A DNA stretch of 64,000 nt from a virus (IMGVR_UViG_3300020161_002811:1-64000), one strand, 5' to 3'. Positions 7,384-17,227 are shown, numbered from the stretch's first letter. Numbers and translations are program-made. The notes: generated by a model from the letters alone, not told the origin.

Positions 7384-10300
7384 TTTGTTTCTCCATTCTA
7401 ATGATTTCTTCTATAAAACTTTTAACTTTTTCAGATGTATTATTTTTAAAGTTATAAATAAATTTATGCGCACCGTCTTTTATTTGCAAAAAGACTGGTT
7501 TGTCACCTTTTGACGATTCAATTATATCATATATTTTTTGAATAGTTAAAGGCGAGATGCTTTTATCGACATCAAATATTAAAGCTTTCCCACTGGAAAA
7601 TACATGTGAATCTATTTTTTCTGAACTATTATAAAACAATCTTACGATAGAGCCTTCTTCATCGCTCTCTCTATTTACGGATCCTGACATAATAAAAATG
7701 TCTCCCTTAACAAAGGGATCTTCTCCCAGTTGTTTGGCGGAGTTGGGAAATATAACAATTTCTAGGTCTGAAGATATATCCTCTAGTAAGATTTTATACA
7801 TCTTCGTTCCCTTTTTTGTAATTATACTCTTCACGTCTGTCACAATTCCCCCAACTCTTACTGGGGTTCCATTTGCAACTTCCGCTAGATCAATAATTTC
7901 ATAATCAATTTTTTTAGATAATATATCCCATATGCCATTAACTGGGTGATCTGTTACGTACATCCCAAGTTCTTCTTTTTCTTTTTCTAAAAGTTGTATT
8001 TCTTGTATCCTATTAATTTCTAGGTTATCTCTATAGTCAAATAACTCATCAAAGGCTCCAGCGTTTGCAAGATGTTCTAGCGTTGTTTTCTTAAGTGTTG
8101 ACGGATCACATCTTCTAAAGAAATCATAAATACTAGTATATGGACGATTTAAATCTCGAGCATTGACAATTGCATCTGCGATAGAAACGCCTATTCCATT
8201 AACAGCTGATAGACCAAAAACTATTGCACTATCTCCATCAACTTCAAAGTCGATTCCAGAATAATTAACCGATGGAGGAAGTACATTTATTCCTAGTTTT
8301 CTACAGTCAGCTAAGTAAAAGGATTGCTTTTCTTTATTACCAACCACTGAAGACATTAGTGCTGCCATGTATTCAACTGTATAGTTAGCCTTAAGATAAG
8401 CTGTGACATAGCTAATCATAGCGTAGCTAGCTGCGTGTGCTCTGTTAAATCCGTACCCTCCAAAGTATTCAATATCTGAGAATATTTTATTAGCTAAAGA
8501 TGCAGTTAAGCCGGATGTCTTTTGGCAACCTTCCACGAACTTTGAGCGTATGCTTGCAATTTTCTCCATTAACTTTTTGCCGATGACTTTTCTAAGATCG
8601 TCGGCTTCGGCAGATGTAAATCCAGCTAATTCTCTTGCCACTCCCAAGACATCTTCCTGGTATAGCATGATGCCCAGAGAGGGTGCTAGAACCTTTTCTA
8701 GCTTCTCGTGCTCATACTTGACATTACTGCGACCGTGCTTTCTGTCGATGTACTCTTTGTCCATTCCAGAGCCCATTGGACCAGGTCTGTACAGGGATAT
8801 TAGGGCCATAATGTCTTCAACATTGCGTGGCTGTAGCTGCATCATCAGCTGTCTCATTCCAGATGATTCAAGCTGGAATACTCCTGCGCAGTTCCCCTTG
8901 CAAAGCTCATCGTAAGTTTTGCTGTCGTCTAAGGGAATTGAATCTATATCTACGTCTATACCTCTATGTTTGAGAACTAATTTAACACATGAATCAATAA
9001 TGCCAAGATTTCTAAGTCCAAGGAAGTCAATCTTAAGAAGTCCGCATTGCTCAACTCTTCCCATGTCCCATTGAGTTACTAACGGGTTGTCGGCACCCTT
9101 TTTCATTACTGGAAGATATTCAGTAAGAGCTTCGCGAGAAATAACAATTCCAGCGGCGTGAATGCCAGTTTGTCTAACCAATCCCTCTAGTCCAAAAGCT
9201 GCGTCAATAATATTTTTAGCTGTTGAATCTTTATTATAAAGTTGACTGAAGTCTTCAACGTCCATACACTCAGATAGGCTCTTGGATACACCAAGAATAG
9301 GAGGTGGAACTAACTTTGCAACTGAGTCACCAGTAGTGAAATCGTGCCCTAGTGCTCTTGCAGCGTCTCTGATTGACTGTCTGGCACCGCTTCTATTAAA
9401 TGTGCAGATATGTGCAACGTGGTCCGATCCATATTTTGATCTGGCGTAGTCAATAACTTCGTCTCGATGTCTATCATCAAAGTCGAGGTCGATGTCAGGC
9501 ATCGACTTTCTTCCCTCAACTAAAAATCGCTCAAACATTAAACCAAATTTAATGGGATCAAGATTAGTAATTTTAAATGCGTACGACAAAATACTTCCGG
9601 CAGCGGATCCTCTACCCCATCCAACTCTAATGTTATTATCTTTAGCCCAATTCACTAAATCAGAAACAACCAAAAAATATTCCGGGAAGCCCATATCCTT
9701 TACGACTCTCATCTCATAGAGAGCTCTGTCTACAATATGCTGCGGGAGTGGGTCGCCATATCTTTCCTTTAATCCGCTCCAGGCTAATCGCTCAAAATAA
9801 TCTATGGAAGATTCACTTGTAGGAATAGGAAAATTAGGAAAATAAATATTTCCAAAATTAAGATTAACGTCTACCATGTCACATACGTCCATGGTATTTC
9901 TCAGCCACTCTGAACTAAATCTTCTCTCCATGTCATCATAGGACTGTAGATAGAACTCATCGCCACTAAAAGAGAATCTATTAGGAGTGTTGATATTGGC
10001 GTTAGTGGCTACGCATAACATGATGTCATGCGCTCTAGCGTCGTGCTGATGCACGTAATGACAATCACCACTAGGAACGACTTTGGCGCCAATTATGGAT
10101 GCAATTTCGATTAGCTGATTGAATACTTTTCTTTGCTCGGATAAGCCGTGATCTTGAATCTCAATGAAATAATTCTCTTTTCCTACAATGTCTTGCATCT
10201 TTTTAGCAGACGCCAGTGCGTAGTTGAAATCATCTCTCAATAGTGCTTGAGATACTTCTCCGTTAAGGCATCCAGATAGGACGATGATGCCATCAGAATG

Positions 10301-10711
10301 TTCTGATATGAGATCATGATCAACTCTTGGCTTAACATAATACCCCTCAATAAAAGACCTAGAGGACATCTTAATTATATTATTGTATCCGGCGTTGTTC
10401 TTCGCTAAAATAGTTATGTGATAGGGGCCTCTTTGTTCCCACTCATTTTTAGCTGGACCTGATCTTTCTTCTTGATCTTTATCAAATCTACTTTTTCTAG
10501 CTTGATAAAATTCAGAACCTAAAATTGGCTTAACCCCAGTAGCTACTCCAGCGTCATAGAAATCTAACCATGAATGGATGTTTCCGTGATCGGTAGTCGC
10601 TAGCCCCTTCATCCCAAGGGACTGCGCTCTATCAAGATACTGCTCTATTCGACCATGACCATCCAACATGGAGTAAACCGTATGGTTATGTAAGTTTGTC
10701 CAATTTTTCAC
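7376..10711 (-). CDS. dnaE: DNA polymerase III alpha subunit (family C), with PHP domain
   Basis: LHNHT, TTDHGN, SGCLNGE, DCHY, GRGSAAGS, MPDIDLDFD, TGIHAAGIVI, LLKIDFLGLRNL, YGFNRAHAASY, C-terminal OB fold. Confidence 0.97.
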   Translation of the reverse strand: MKNWTNLHNHTVYSMLDGHGRIEQYLDRAQSLGMKGLATTDHGNIHSWLDFYDAGVATGVKPILGSEFYQARKSRFDKDQEERSGPAKNEWEQRGPYHITILAKNNAGYNNIIKMSSRSFIEGYYVKPRVDHDLISEHSDGIIVLSGCLNGEVSQALLRDDFNYALASAKKMQDIVGKENYFIEIQDHGLSEQRKVFNQLIEIASIIGAKVVPSGDCHYVHQHDARAHDIMLCVATNANINTPNRFSFSGDEFYLQSYDDMERRFSSEWLRNTMDVCDMVDVNLNFGNIYFPNFPIPTSESSIDYFERLAWSGLKERYGDPLPQHIVDRALYEMRVVKDMGFPEYFLVVSDLVNWAKDNNIRVGWGRGSAAGSILSYAFKITNLDPIKFGLMFERFLVEGRKSMPDIDLDFDDRHRDEVIDYARSKYGSDHVAHICTFNRSGARQSIRDAARALGHDFTTGDSVAKLVPPPILGVSKSLSECMDVEDFSQLYNKDSTAKNIIDAAFGLEGLVRQTGIHAAGIVISREALTEYLPVMKKGADNPLVTQWDMGRVEQCGLLKIDFLGLRNLGIIDSCVKLVLKHRGIDVDIDSIPLDDSKTYDELCKGNCAGVFQLESSGMRQLMMQLQPRNVEDIMALISLYRPGPMGSGMDKEYIDRKHGRSNVKYEHEKLEKVLAPSLGIMLYQEDVLGVARELAGFTSAEADDLRKVIGKKLMEKIASIRSKFVEGCQKTSGLTASLANKIFSDIEYFGGYGFNRAHAASYAMISYVTAYLKANYTVEYMAALMSSVVGNKEKQSFYLADCRKLGINVLPPSVNYSGIDFEVDGDSAIVFGLSAVNGIGVSIADAIVNARDLNRPYTSIYDFFRRCDPSTLKKTTLEHLANAGAFDELFDYRDNLEINRIQEIQLLEKEKEELGMYVTDHPVNGIWDILSKKIDYEIIDLAEVANGTPVRVGGIVTDVKSIITKKGTKMYKILLEDISSDLEIVIFPNSAKQLGEDPFVKGDIFIMSGSVNRESDEEGSIVRLFYNSSEKIDSHVFSSGKALIFDVDKSISPLTIQKIYDIIESSKGDKPVFLQIKDGAHKFIYNFKNNTSEKVKSFIEEIIRMEKQNA

Positions 10712-10917
10712 TAGATTCCTCTACTTTTATCTGAACCATCTAAGGCTCTATTTCTTGTTTGACGATAAGTAATAATGACTACTCCACCACAAAACTTACA
10801 AGGCACTGACTTTCCTTCTTGGGCAAATGGACTATTGTACATATATTTTTCTGGTTGATCTGACTTGCATTCAGAGCAAACGCCAATCACATCGTCTACT
10901 TCATTGTTCTCTTCCAT
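10711..10917 (-). CDS. small zinc-ribbon protein
   Basis: CSEC...CKFC; likely start MEENN at 10917 with GGAGG RBS. Confidence 0.7.
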   Translation of the reverse strand: MEENNEVDDVIGVCSECKSDQPEKYMYNSPFAQEGKSVPCKFCGGVVIITYRQTRNRALDGSDKSRGI

Positions 10918-12112
10918 GTTCACCTCCTTTACTGAGAGCTGCGTACGCAAATCTGATCGGAGATGGAGCAGATTGCTCTTGAGTTTCCATAAATTTATCC
11001 CCTACTTTTACCCATTTATTTCTCTTCTCCAAAGAGCATTGGCCGCATCCTACTCCGGCTGCATTTGCTCTTTCGCAAGTATAGGGTCTTCCACCAATTC
11101 CTAAGTTTCTTCTCTTGACCCAATCATTAATGTGGCTATTAGTTTTCTCCACATTATAATCGTCACAGTTACTCAGTATACCGTGCAAGAATTCAATAGA
11201 CTCTTGATTGTAGGTTAGGATTGAACACAGGAACAGTCTAGCCTCATGCTCTAAATATTTACTGTCAATAGCCTGTTGCCATAATCTTTTAATGGCAGAG
11301 CAGCTTTCCAGTAATCTTTTTGGGGTAAAATCTTTTTCTTTTTCTTCTACTGTCTTAAAGGCTGATGACCCATGCCTATTAAAGTATCCAATAAAATCCT
11401 TAGATCTTTCTTTATCTATTTCTAAGTTATATGTAAACTCTCTAAACCATTCATTTGCTTTAGCGTTAAAGGACTGTTCTTCTATTTTATTTTCGGATTG
11501 ATCTTTACAGTACTCTAATATGTCTGCAATTCCCTTATTTAATATCTGAAGTGGAATTATGTTTTTATAAAGACCAGTGTCTTGATGTTGACTTCCCTGT
11601 AGTCTCCACATTCTTCTTGCGTCATATACGCTAAAGTCCAAAGAGGTAAGGCTAAGCTTTTCCTTTAGGGAAGTGGCAATGAATCTAAATATGTTTGGAA
11701 GATTATTGGATGGACTTATGCCCAGAGTGACAGCTTCGCATTCGATGTGAAATCCTTTTTTGCCCGTAAAGTAAACTATTATGGCAGATTGCGGAATATG
11801 CTGCAATAGGTATTCATATAACTTCATACACTCTACGTAAGATATTTCTTGGTCTTTATTATCAATGTCAAAGTATAAAGACCCTAGTCTAACCGCCTCT
11901 TCTAGATCCTGAGAGTTATAGGACCAGACAGATGTATAGAGTCCAGTGTTTTTATTCTCTGCTCTAAAAGACTCGATATCATTAACGTCTATGAGGACTG
12001 GTTTATCGCCATTCTTAGAACGTATTACTCTAGAAAGAGAAGGTACATATCTAGCTATTTCTACATACTTCCAAGAAGACAAATATTTAGAATCATCATC
12101 TGGTATTCTCAT
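10901..12112 (-). CDS. archaeo-eukaryotic primase (AEP) with PriL-like C-terminal Cys domain
   Basis: LYFDID (motif I), FTGKKGFHI (motif II), RMWRL; C-terminal SCSAI, LEHEARL, PYTCE, GCGQC. Confidence 0.85.
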   Translation of the reverse strand: MRIPDDDSKYLSSWKYVEIARYVPSLSRVIRSKNGDKPVLIDVNDIESFRAENKNTGLYTSVWSYNSQDLEEAVRLGSLYFDIDNKDQEISYVECMKLYEYLLQHIPQSAIIVYFTGKKGFHIECEAVTLGISPSNNLPNIFRFIATSLKEKLSLTSLDFSVYDARRMWRLQGSQHQDTGLYKNIIPLQILNKGIADILEYCKDQSENKIEEQSFNAKANEWFREFTYNLEIDKERSKDFIGYFNRHGSSAFKTVEEKEKDFTPKRLLESCSAIKRLWQQAIDSKYLEHEARLFLCSILTYNQESIEFLHGILSNCDDYNVEKTNSHINDWVKRRNLGIGGRPYTCERANAAGVGCGQCSLEKRNKWVKVGDKFMETQEQSAPSPIRFAYAALSKGGEHGREQ

Positions 12113-12294
12113 AGTATTTTAGCCTTACCTTCTTCACAGTTAATATCAATTGTGGCTATTTTTTCTTCTACAATACTGCCAGAATGTGATCTATAGTAAA
12201 TGGACTCTTTTATTATATCATCTAGGTGCGACAGAATAAACATCCTATTAACTATTCTCACTTGCTTATTTCGAAGACTTTCTCCACTGTTCAT
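12109..12294 (-). CDS. hypothetical protein
   Basis: ORF track; overlaps both neighbours by a few nt. Confidence 0.55.
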   Translation of the reverse strand: MNSGESLRNKQVRIVNRMFILSHLDDIIKESIYYRSHSGSIVEEKIATIDINCEEGKAKIL

Positions 12295-12940
12295 TCATTA
12301 ACTCGCTATCTTCAATAACTTTGTGAATTTTACTTGCAACGTTGTCTGCTATATGAACAATATAATCCATATATGTTATTGGGCAGGTCTCTGGAACTGG
12401 AGACCAGGGACCAAGGTGACATCTTATCAGGCGCAATATAGTTTGAGCCACATCTTCTGATATAAATAGACTAGTAGATTGGGAGTCATTTCCGTACTCC
12501 TTATCATGCATCTGGCATTTAGATATAAAATTACCTACTGTATAGGGGTGCATTGGATCATAATTAAATGAGGTTAAATCTTCAGAGGCAATGCCTTTTG
12601 TTACATCATGAAGTATGCACGCGGCGATAATTATATCTCTCTCATCTTCCGACAATGAATAGGAGTCACACATTATCGAGGCGACTCTAACCACACGCTT
12701 AGTGTGAAGAACATTGCCTCCGGCATTGTGTTCATCCGGCGGATGATATTTTCCAGAAAAACTTGATGGTATATTCCAAAAAATCTCTGCCTTAAGTAAA
12801 ATTGATCTAACGAAAGATGCTATTGAGTCATCATTGATGAGATTAATTTCGTTTAAAAGTTCAGATAAAATTTCATTCTCATTTGAGATGATATCACTCT
12901 TATCTTCTTTTAGTATTTCATCTAATATATTCTTAGCCAT
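12266..12940 (-). CDS. HD-domain phosphohydrolase (YhaM-like HD)
   Basis: HTKRVVRVA, ILHDVTKG, HPY, CHLGPW, VHIADNVAS; start at 12940 via TAATG overlap. Confidence 0.85.
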   Translation of the reverse strand: MAKNILDEILKEDKSDIISNENEILSELLNEINLINDDSIASFVRSILLKAEIFWNIPSSFSGKYHPPDEHNAGGNVLHTKRVVRVASIMCDSYSLSEDERDIIIAACILHDVTKGIASEDLTSFNYDPMHPYTVGNFISKCQMHDKEYGNDSQSTSLFISEDVAQTILRLIRCHLGPWSPVPETCPITYMDYIVHIADNVASKIHKVIEDSELMNEQWRKSSK

Positions 12941-13719
12941 TACTTCCATCCATTCCATTTTGAGCAAGGCGCATCGAATGGACACTTCTTGCAGTATTGC
13001 GTTAAGCCTCTTCTGGGGACAAAAACTTCTTTAGATTCTATGGCGTCGCACCAGTATTCTATTGAGTCTATATCTTGCTGAGTTATCTCATATTCATTAA
13101 ATGACAAGTTGTTAGACAATAAATCTATATATCCAAACTTAGTATTTTTTATTTTAGCCGGATGCAAATTCTTAAATGCAAGATACATGGCCGCAAAATC
13201 CATTTGATATATGTGTCGATAATTATTTTTATAGTTAAACATTAATTTAACTACATAATTTTCATTATCTTTTCTATATATGACATCAAATTTATCTTCT
13301 ATTCTGGTGCCGTTATTGACTGTAATGATATAGTCATCATAGATAGATAAGGGTATCACATCCATTTGGCTATATGTTTCATGAAACCTTAATAGCAACC
13401 CAGCTGCCTGCGTTGTAAGGCTCGCTGCATTGCCGTAGGCGCTTTCATGCTTTTCCGTAGTTATGTCATAGTGACTAGTATCTTTTGGAAACCAAATTTT
13501 TTCCCATCTATTTAATAGAGAAGCGTATGACGGGGTAATGCCACCTTGTTTTTTAAACCAAAAAAAATGTATGATGCTTTTTATTGTTGCTTCAAATCTA
13601 GAAGTATATATATCTCTAGAATAGATAGTTTCTGGAAGCTTTTCTACATACCTATAATCATATAGTCTTTCACATGTTTGAAAATCTTTAATCGAATTTA
13701 CACTAAGGTTGATCATCAA
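12940..13719 (-). CDS. second RecB/Cas4-like protein with degenerate active site
   Basis: SVNSIKDFQTC and YCKKCPFDAPC match the first paralogue's Cys layout; DKFDVI...VVKL replaces ID..D...DYK. Confidence 0.7.
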   Translation of the reverse strand: MMINLSVNSIKDFQTCERLYDYRYVEKLPETIYSRDIYTSRFEATIKSIIHFFWFKKQGGITPSYASLLNRWEKIWFPKDTSHYDITTEKHESAYGNAASLTTQAAGLLLRFHETYSQMDVIPLSIYDDYIITVNNGTRIEDKFDVIYRKDNENYVVKLMFNYKNNYRHIYQMDFAAMYLAFKNLHPAKIKNTKFGYIDLLSNNLSFNEYEITQQDIDSIEYWCDAIESKEVFVPRRGLTQYCKKCPFDAPCSKWNGWK

Positions 13720-15179
13720 TCAAATCCTTCTCCACTTAATAGGTTTTGTAAGTCTGTTTCATTTGAATATGAATCTTTAGAAACATGTTCATATTCTTCA
13801 TATATTTTCTTTTCATCATTATATCTAACTAGAGGTGGATCATACATGAATGCAGAGCCAGTAATTCTATTCTTAGGTATTTGAAGCTGCATTACGTGTT
13901 CATCTTCAGTCTCATCACTTGATGCTAATCGTTTTTCCGTAATGAAAATAGTTACTGCACACTTTTGTTGAATGGCAAGAGATCCGCCCGTATCTGATTG
14001 CTGAACAACTTCTCTTTTTTCTTTCATTCTATTTGAGTTTTCCTGCGCTGTAATAATTAGTGCACAGTTCATATCTCTAGCTAGCTTTTCTAGGCGCACC
14101 ATCATCTCTTCAAATTCGCCCCAACGTGGTTTGCCTTTTCCTGCACCTCGGGTAAACATGGATTGTATTGTGTCAATAATCAAAACATCTGGAATTTTAT
14201 CCCCATGGCCTATTAAGTCTCTTAACCATAATTCAAGGTCTTCAAAGTAGGGGGTGTCCGGATCATGGCGAACCATTAAGCGATCTCCCCATTCCTCAAG
14301 CTTAGCCTTAAATTGATTTAAGTACCCCTGCTTTTCGGTCTCAGTCCACTTATCTGATTCTGAATAAACATTTTTGCCAATAATTTGAGTCATAAGGATT
14401 CTCTCCCAATGGCCAGTAGCTTCTTCAAAGTTTACGAAAAGAACCCTATGCCCAGTATCCAGCCAATGATTGGCTAGGCACTTTGCGAAGGTGCTTTTGC
14501 CCTTGCCAGAGGCAGCTATAATCGCGTGTACGGCGCCCTTAAAGAACCCTCCTTCGTCAGTGTACCCCATTGCTCTATTGAGCGATTTAAACTGGGTAGA
14601 CATAAAGTTGGGAATGTCCAAAAGGCCATCAACTCTTGCCAGAATATCATTGGCGGTTGTTAATTTATCTAATGGATTATATTTAATTGAGCTTTCTAGT
14701 TCCTTAATCTGAGATGTAACTTCGGAAATTCTATCTACATCTTCTATTGACTTTAGGCCCTTTTTATTCAAAAGCAGTTGAAGCTCGTGTAAGTAATTAA
14801 TTTGCTTACGTTTATTTGCCTTATGCTTGAGCAGTTCTAAAACGGATTCTCTACTGGGAGTATCGACACCCAAAATATAGTCCAGCATAATTGATATGCC
14901 AGCACCGCCGCCTAGGGCAGAGTAGATATCTGTTTCACTTTCCAACCAAGACTTAAAGGCTATTGGATTAACTATGTCTAAGTTAGTGGCCCTATGAAAA
15001 GATAGTAAAGCTTCATAAAATTCATGAGTTCCTTTTTCGCCATGTATCAATCCAACTATATCCGTAGGTAAGTTGTCATTAAAAAAAGATATTGCCCCAT
15101 GCTCTTTTAGGCATAGGGCAAAGGCCTGATACTCTAACGGTGAATTTTCTGACTCAGAGATTTCTTCTATTGTCATCAA
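13716..15179 (-). CDS. dnaB: DnaB-like replicative helicase (SF4)
   Basis: Walker A AASGKGKS, VNFEE, Walker B LIIDTIQ, ITAQEN, IQQKC, IPKNR. Confidence 0.9.
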   Translation of the reverse strand: MMTIEEISESENSPLEYQAFALCLKEHGAISFFNDNLPTDIVGLIHGEKGTHEFYEALLSFHRATNLDIVNPIAFKSWLESETDIYSALGGGAGISIMLDYILGVDTPSRESVLELLKHKANKRKQINYLHELQLLLNKKGLKSIEDVDRISEVTSQIKELESSIKYNPLDKLTTANDILARVDGLLDIPNFMSTQFKSLNRAMGYTDEGGFFKGAVHAIIAASGKGKSTFAKCLANHWLDTGHRVLFVNFEEATGHWERILMTQIIGKNVYSESDKWTETEKQGYLNQFKAKLEEWGDRLMVRHDPDTPYFEDLELWLRDLIGHGDKIPDVLIIDTIQSMFTRGAGKGKPRWGEFEEMMVRLEKLARDMNCALIITAQENSNRMKEKREVVQQSDTGGSLAIQQKCAVTIFITEKRLASSDETEDEHVMQLQIPKNRITGSAFMYDPPLVRYNDEKKIYEEYEHVSKDSYSNETDLQNLLSGEGFD

Positions 15180-15810
15180 TTTTAGAACCTTTTATTTTTC
15201 TGTATAGACTTTTTCTATACTCAGAGTTTTTCTTTTTTGCTTCGTTGTAGAATGGGTTGTCTGTAAGTGATTTTTTTTGCTTCTTATCAGAGATATAATC
15301 GCTGGATCTAATGGCCTCTAGCATTCTATTATACACGCTGTCTTCAGTTAGGGAGTCATTATAGCGAAAAACTATTAGAGCAATACCATTATCTTTGCAG
15401 TATTGAACTTTCTTTTCATCTCTTTTTTGAGCTTCTTCAAACTCATATTTAGATTCAAAAAATCTACTAGTGTAAAAAAAATGTTGACGTCCGTGATATT
15501 CTGCCGCAAGCTTATATGAAGGACAGTAAACATCAAATCTTAGCCTATCATCAATGTGATACTCATTTACTATTTCTTCACCTGGAAGAATCTTTTGCAT
15601 GATCTGAGTTAGAGCTGTTTGACCTCTAGACATTTTTTTTCTAGATTCTTTCAACCAAGACAAACCTAATTGATTTATTTTTTTGTTGACTTCATTAACT
15701 GAAACGTCTAACTGTCTAGCTATTGCACTAATCGATGAATTTGTTTCTAGCAAGAGATCGATCAAAAACTGTACATCATCTTCTTCTAATTTATTTTTTT
15801 TATCTTTCAT
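15154..15810 (-). CDS. N-terminal HTH plus DUF559/Vsr-like endonuclease
   Basis: SISAIARQLDVSVNEVNKKI (HTH); LRFDVYCPSYKLAAEYHGRQH; RDEKKVQYCKDNGIALIVFRY. Confidence 0.75.
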   Translation of the reverse strand: MKDKKNKLEEDDVQFLIDLLLETNSSISAIARQLDVSVNEVNKKINQLGLSWLKESRKKMSRGQTALTQIMQKILPGEEIVNEYHIDDRLRFDVYCPSYKLAAEYHGRQHFFYTSRFFESKYEFEEAQKRDEKKVQYCKDNGIALIVFRYNDSLTEDSVYNRMLEAIRSSDYISDKKQKKSLTDNPFYNEAKKKNSEYRKSLYRKIKGSKIDDNRRNL

Positions 15811-16448
15811 GCTACTGGCTGAGGATATGTAACCTTACTCAAACTAAGTGTTTTACCAAAATCTATGGTCGACATATTTAAGTTTTCCCATACCTTAGAC
15901 ATTAAGGCTAGCCCCAATACTCCACAGTCCATAATGCAATAGTCGACTCCGCCTTCAAACTCTGCGAGTTGCGCATATATGTTATCAATCTTTTCATAAT
16001 AATTAGTATATGCTACGTTGATAATATGAGTACTGTTTCCAAAGTGTTTTTGAATTATCTTCTTATCATGAAAAGTAATAACAACACTAGGAGTATTCTT
16101 AATGTAGTAATTAACTGTTGAATTATATATCTCTTTATTATTCATGTAATAATACTCAAAGATATTAGAGTAGTAATACTCTCCGTTTTTATGAAGACCT
16201 ATTTTGTAATGCTTACCATCTTCAATATCAGATACTAGTGAATGCGAGATTGCTTTCATTACATTTGGATCTGTATTTTTCAATGATGAGACTACACTTT
16301 TTGCAAAATGACTTGGAAAAGAATTATCCGAGTTTTTACTTAGGGCAATTATTGCTGATTTTGGAACATTGATGTATGAAAATTTTTTCTTCTTTTCCAT
16401 AGCAGATGTTAGGTTGATAATGGACTGTGTTTGATTTAAAAATGTCAT
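15807..16448 (-). CDS. GT-D-fold (DUF1792-like) glycosyltransferase-like protein
   Basis: C-terminal DYCIMDCGVLGLALMSKVWENLNMSTIDFGK resembles the GT-D signature; sits next to a GT2 gene. Confidence 0.5.
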   Translation of the reverse strand: MTFLNQTQSIINLTSAMEKKKKFSYINVPKSAIIALSKNSDNSFPSHFAKSVVSSLKNTDPNVMKAISHSLVSDIEDGKHYKIGLHKNGEYYYSNIFEYYYMNNKEIYNSTVNYYIKNTPSVVITFHDKKIIQKHFGNSTHIINVAYTNYYEKIDNIYAQLAEFEGGVDYCIMDCGVLGLALMSKVWENLNMSTIDFGKTLSLSKVTYPQPVA

Positions 16449-16457
16449 ATTTTCCTA

Positions 16458-17150
16458 TTAAATTCCAAATGTTTCCCAGTCGATTAAGACTGGGTTAGTG
16501 TCCAATATTGAGTTGATATGGCTAAGATTATGAAACTCTCCACCATCTATTTCAGTATATCTCTCATGCTTTATTTGCTTATCTTGATCTAAAATGTACC
16601 CTAGATGTTGCATTACCAGTTTAGAGTCTTTCCAAAAGTTACCTTGTCTCATCCAGTCAGCTACATAAGTAGGTTCTGAACCGCAAGCTAATTTTCTATT
16701 TGCAAATCCGCCACCCTCTAAAAATCTAAAAATTCTAGAACTATTATTTGGCGCCCAAAGCTTATCTACTCTATATTGATTTTCGTTCCACATATGATAA
16801 AATCTTACATTGACTACATCTTGTGGAGATTGACCTAATACTGTTCTAATGTCAATATTTTCTAAGTGAAAAAGCTTTTCATCACAGTCGATTGCAATGA
16901 TCCAGTCACCTTTTTGGGCAAACTTTTCCATATTGCCCCAGGCATATGCTCGAAGCTTAGCTTCGTGAACCTTAAAGAGTGGCTCTGGCGACTGAAACAC
17001 TTCTGCATACTTTGCAGCTATTTCAGGAGTATTGTCAGTGGAGCAATCATCAGTAAAGATAATTTTATCAACTTGACTACTAAGTTTTTGAAGAACATCT
17101 TCTAAAAATCTAGAAGACTCATTGCGGCCTATCATTTGTGCATAAATCAT
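16458..17150 (-). CDS. glycosyltransferase family 2 (GT-A)
   Basis: MIGRNES, IFTDDCSTDNT, WIIAIDCDE (DxD), HLGY; start at 17150 (the ORF-track extension crosses a terminator). Confidence 0.88.
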   Translation of the reverse strand: MIYAQMIGRNESSRFLEDVLQKLSSQVDKIIFTDDCSTDNTPEIAAKYAEVFQSPEPLFKVHEAKLRAYAWGNMEKFAQKGDWIIAIDCDEKLFHLENIDIRTVLGQSPQDVVNVRFYHMWNENQYRVDKLWAPNNSSRIFRFLEGGGFANRKLACGSEPTYVADWMRQGNFWKDSKLVMQHLGYILDQDKQIKHERYTEIDGGEFHNLSHINSILDTNPVLIDWETFGI

Positions 17151-17170
17151 TATTGTCCTAAGGGTAAAAA

Positions 17171-17201
17171 AGATTGAGGGGAGGATCTCTCCCCTCAATC
17201 T
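17171..17201 (-). terminator. intrinsic terminator
   Basis: 13-bp stem AGATTGAGGGGAG / CTCCCCTCAATCT, 5-nt loop, T-tract on the minus strand. Confidence 0.85.
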
Positions 17202-17227
17202 ATATTGAATAAGATACGAAGACTATA

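Noticed and set aside
5820-13719. Cas4-like plus HD genes as a CRISPR-Cas system
   Set aside because: No cas1/cas2, RAMP genes or array; these families are common in phage recombination modules.
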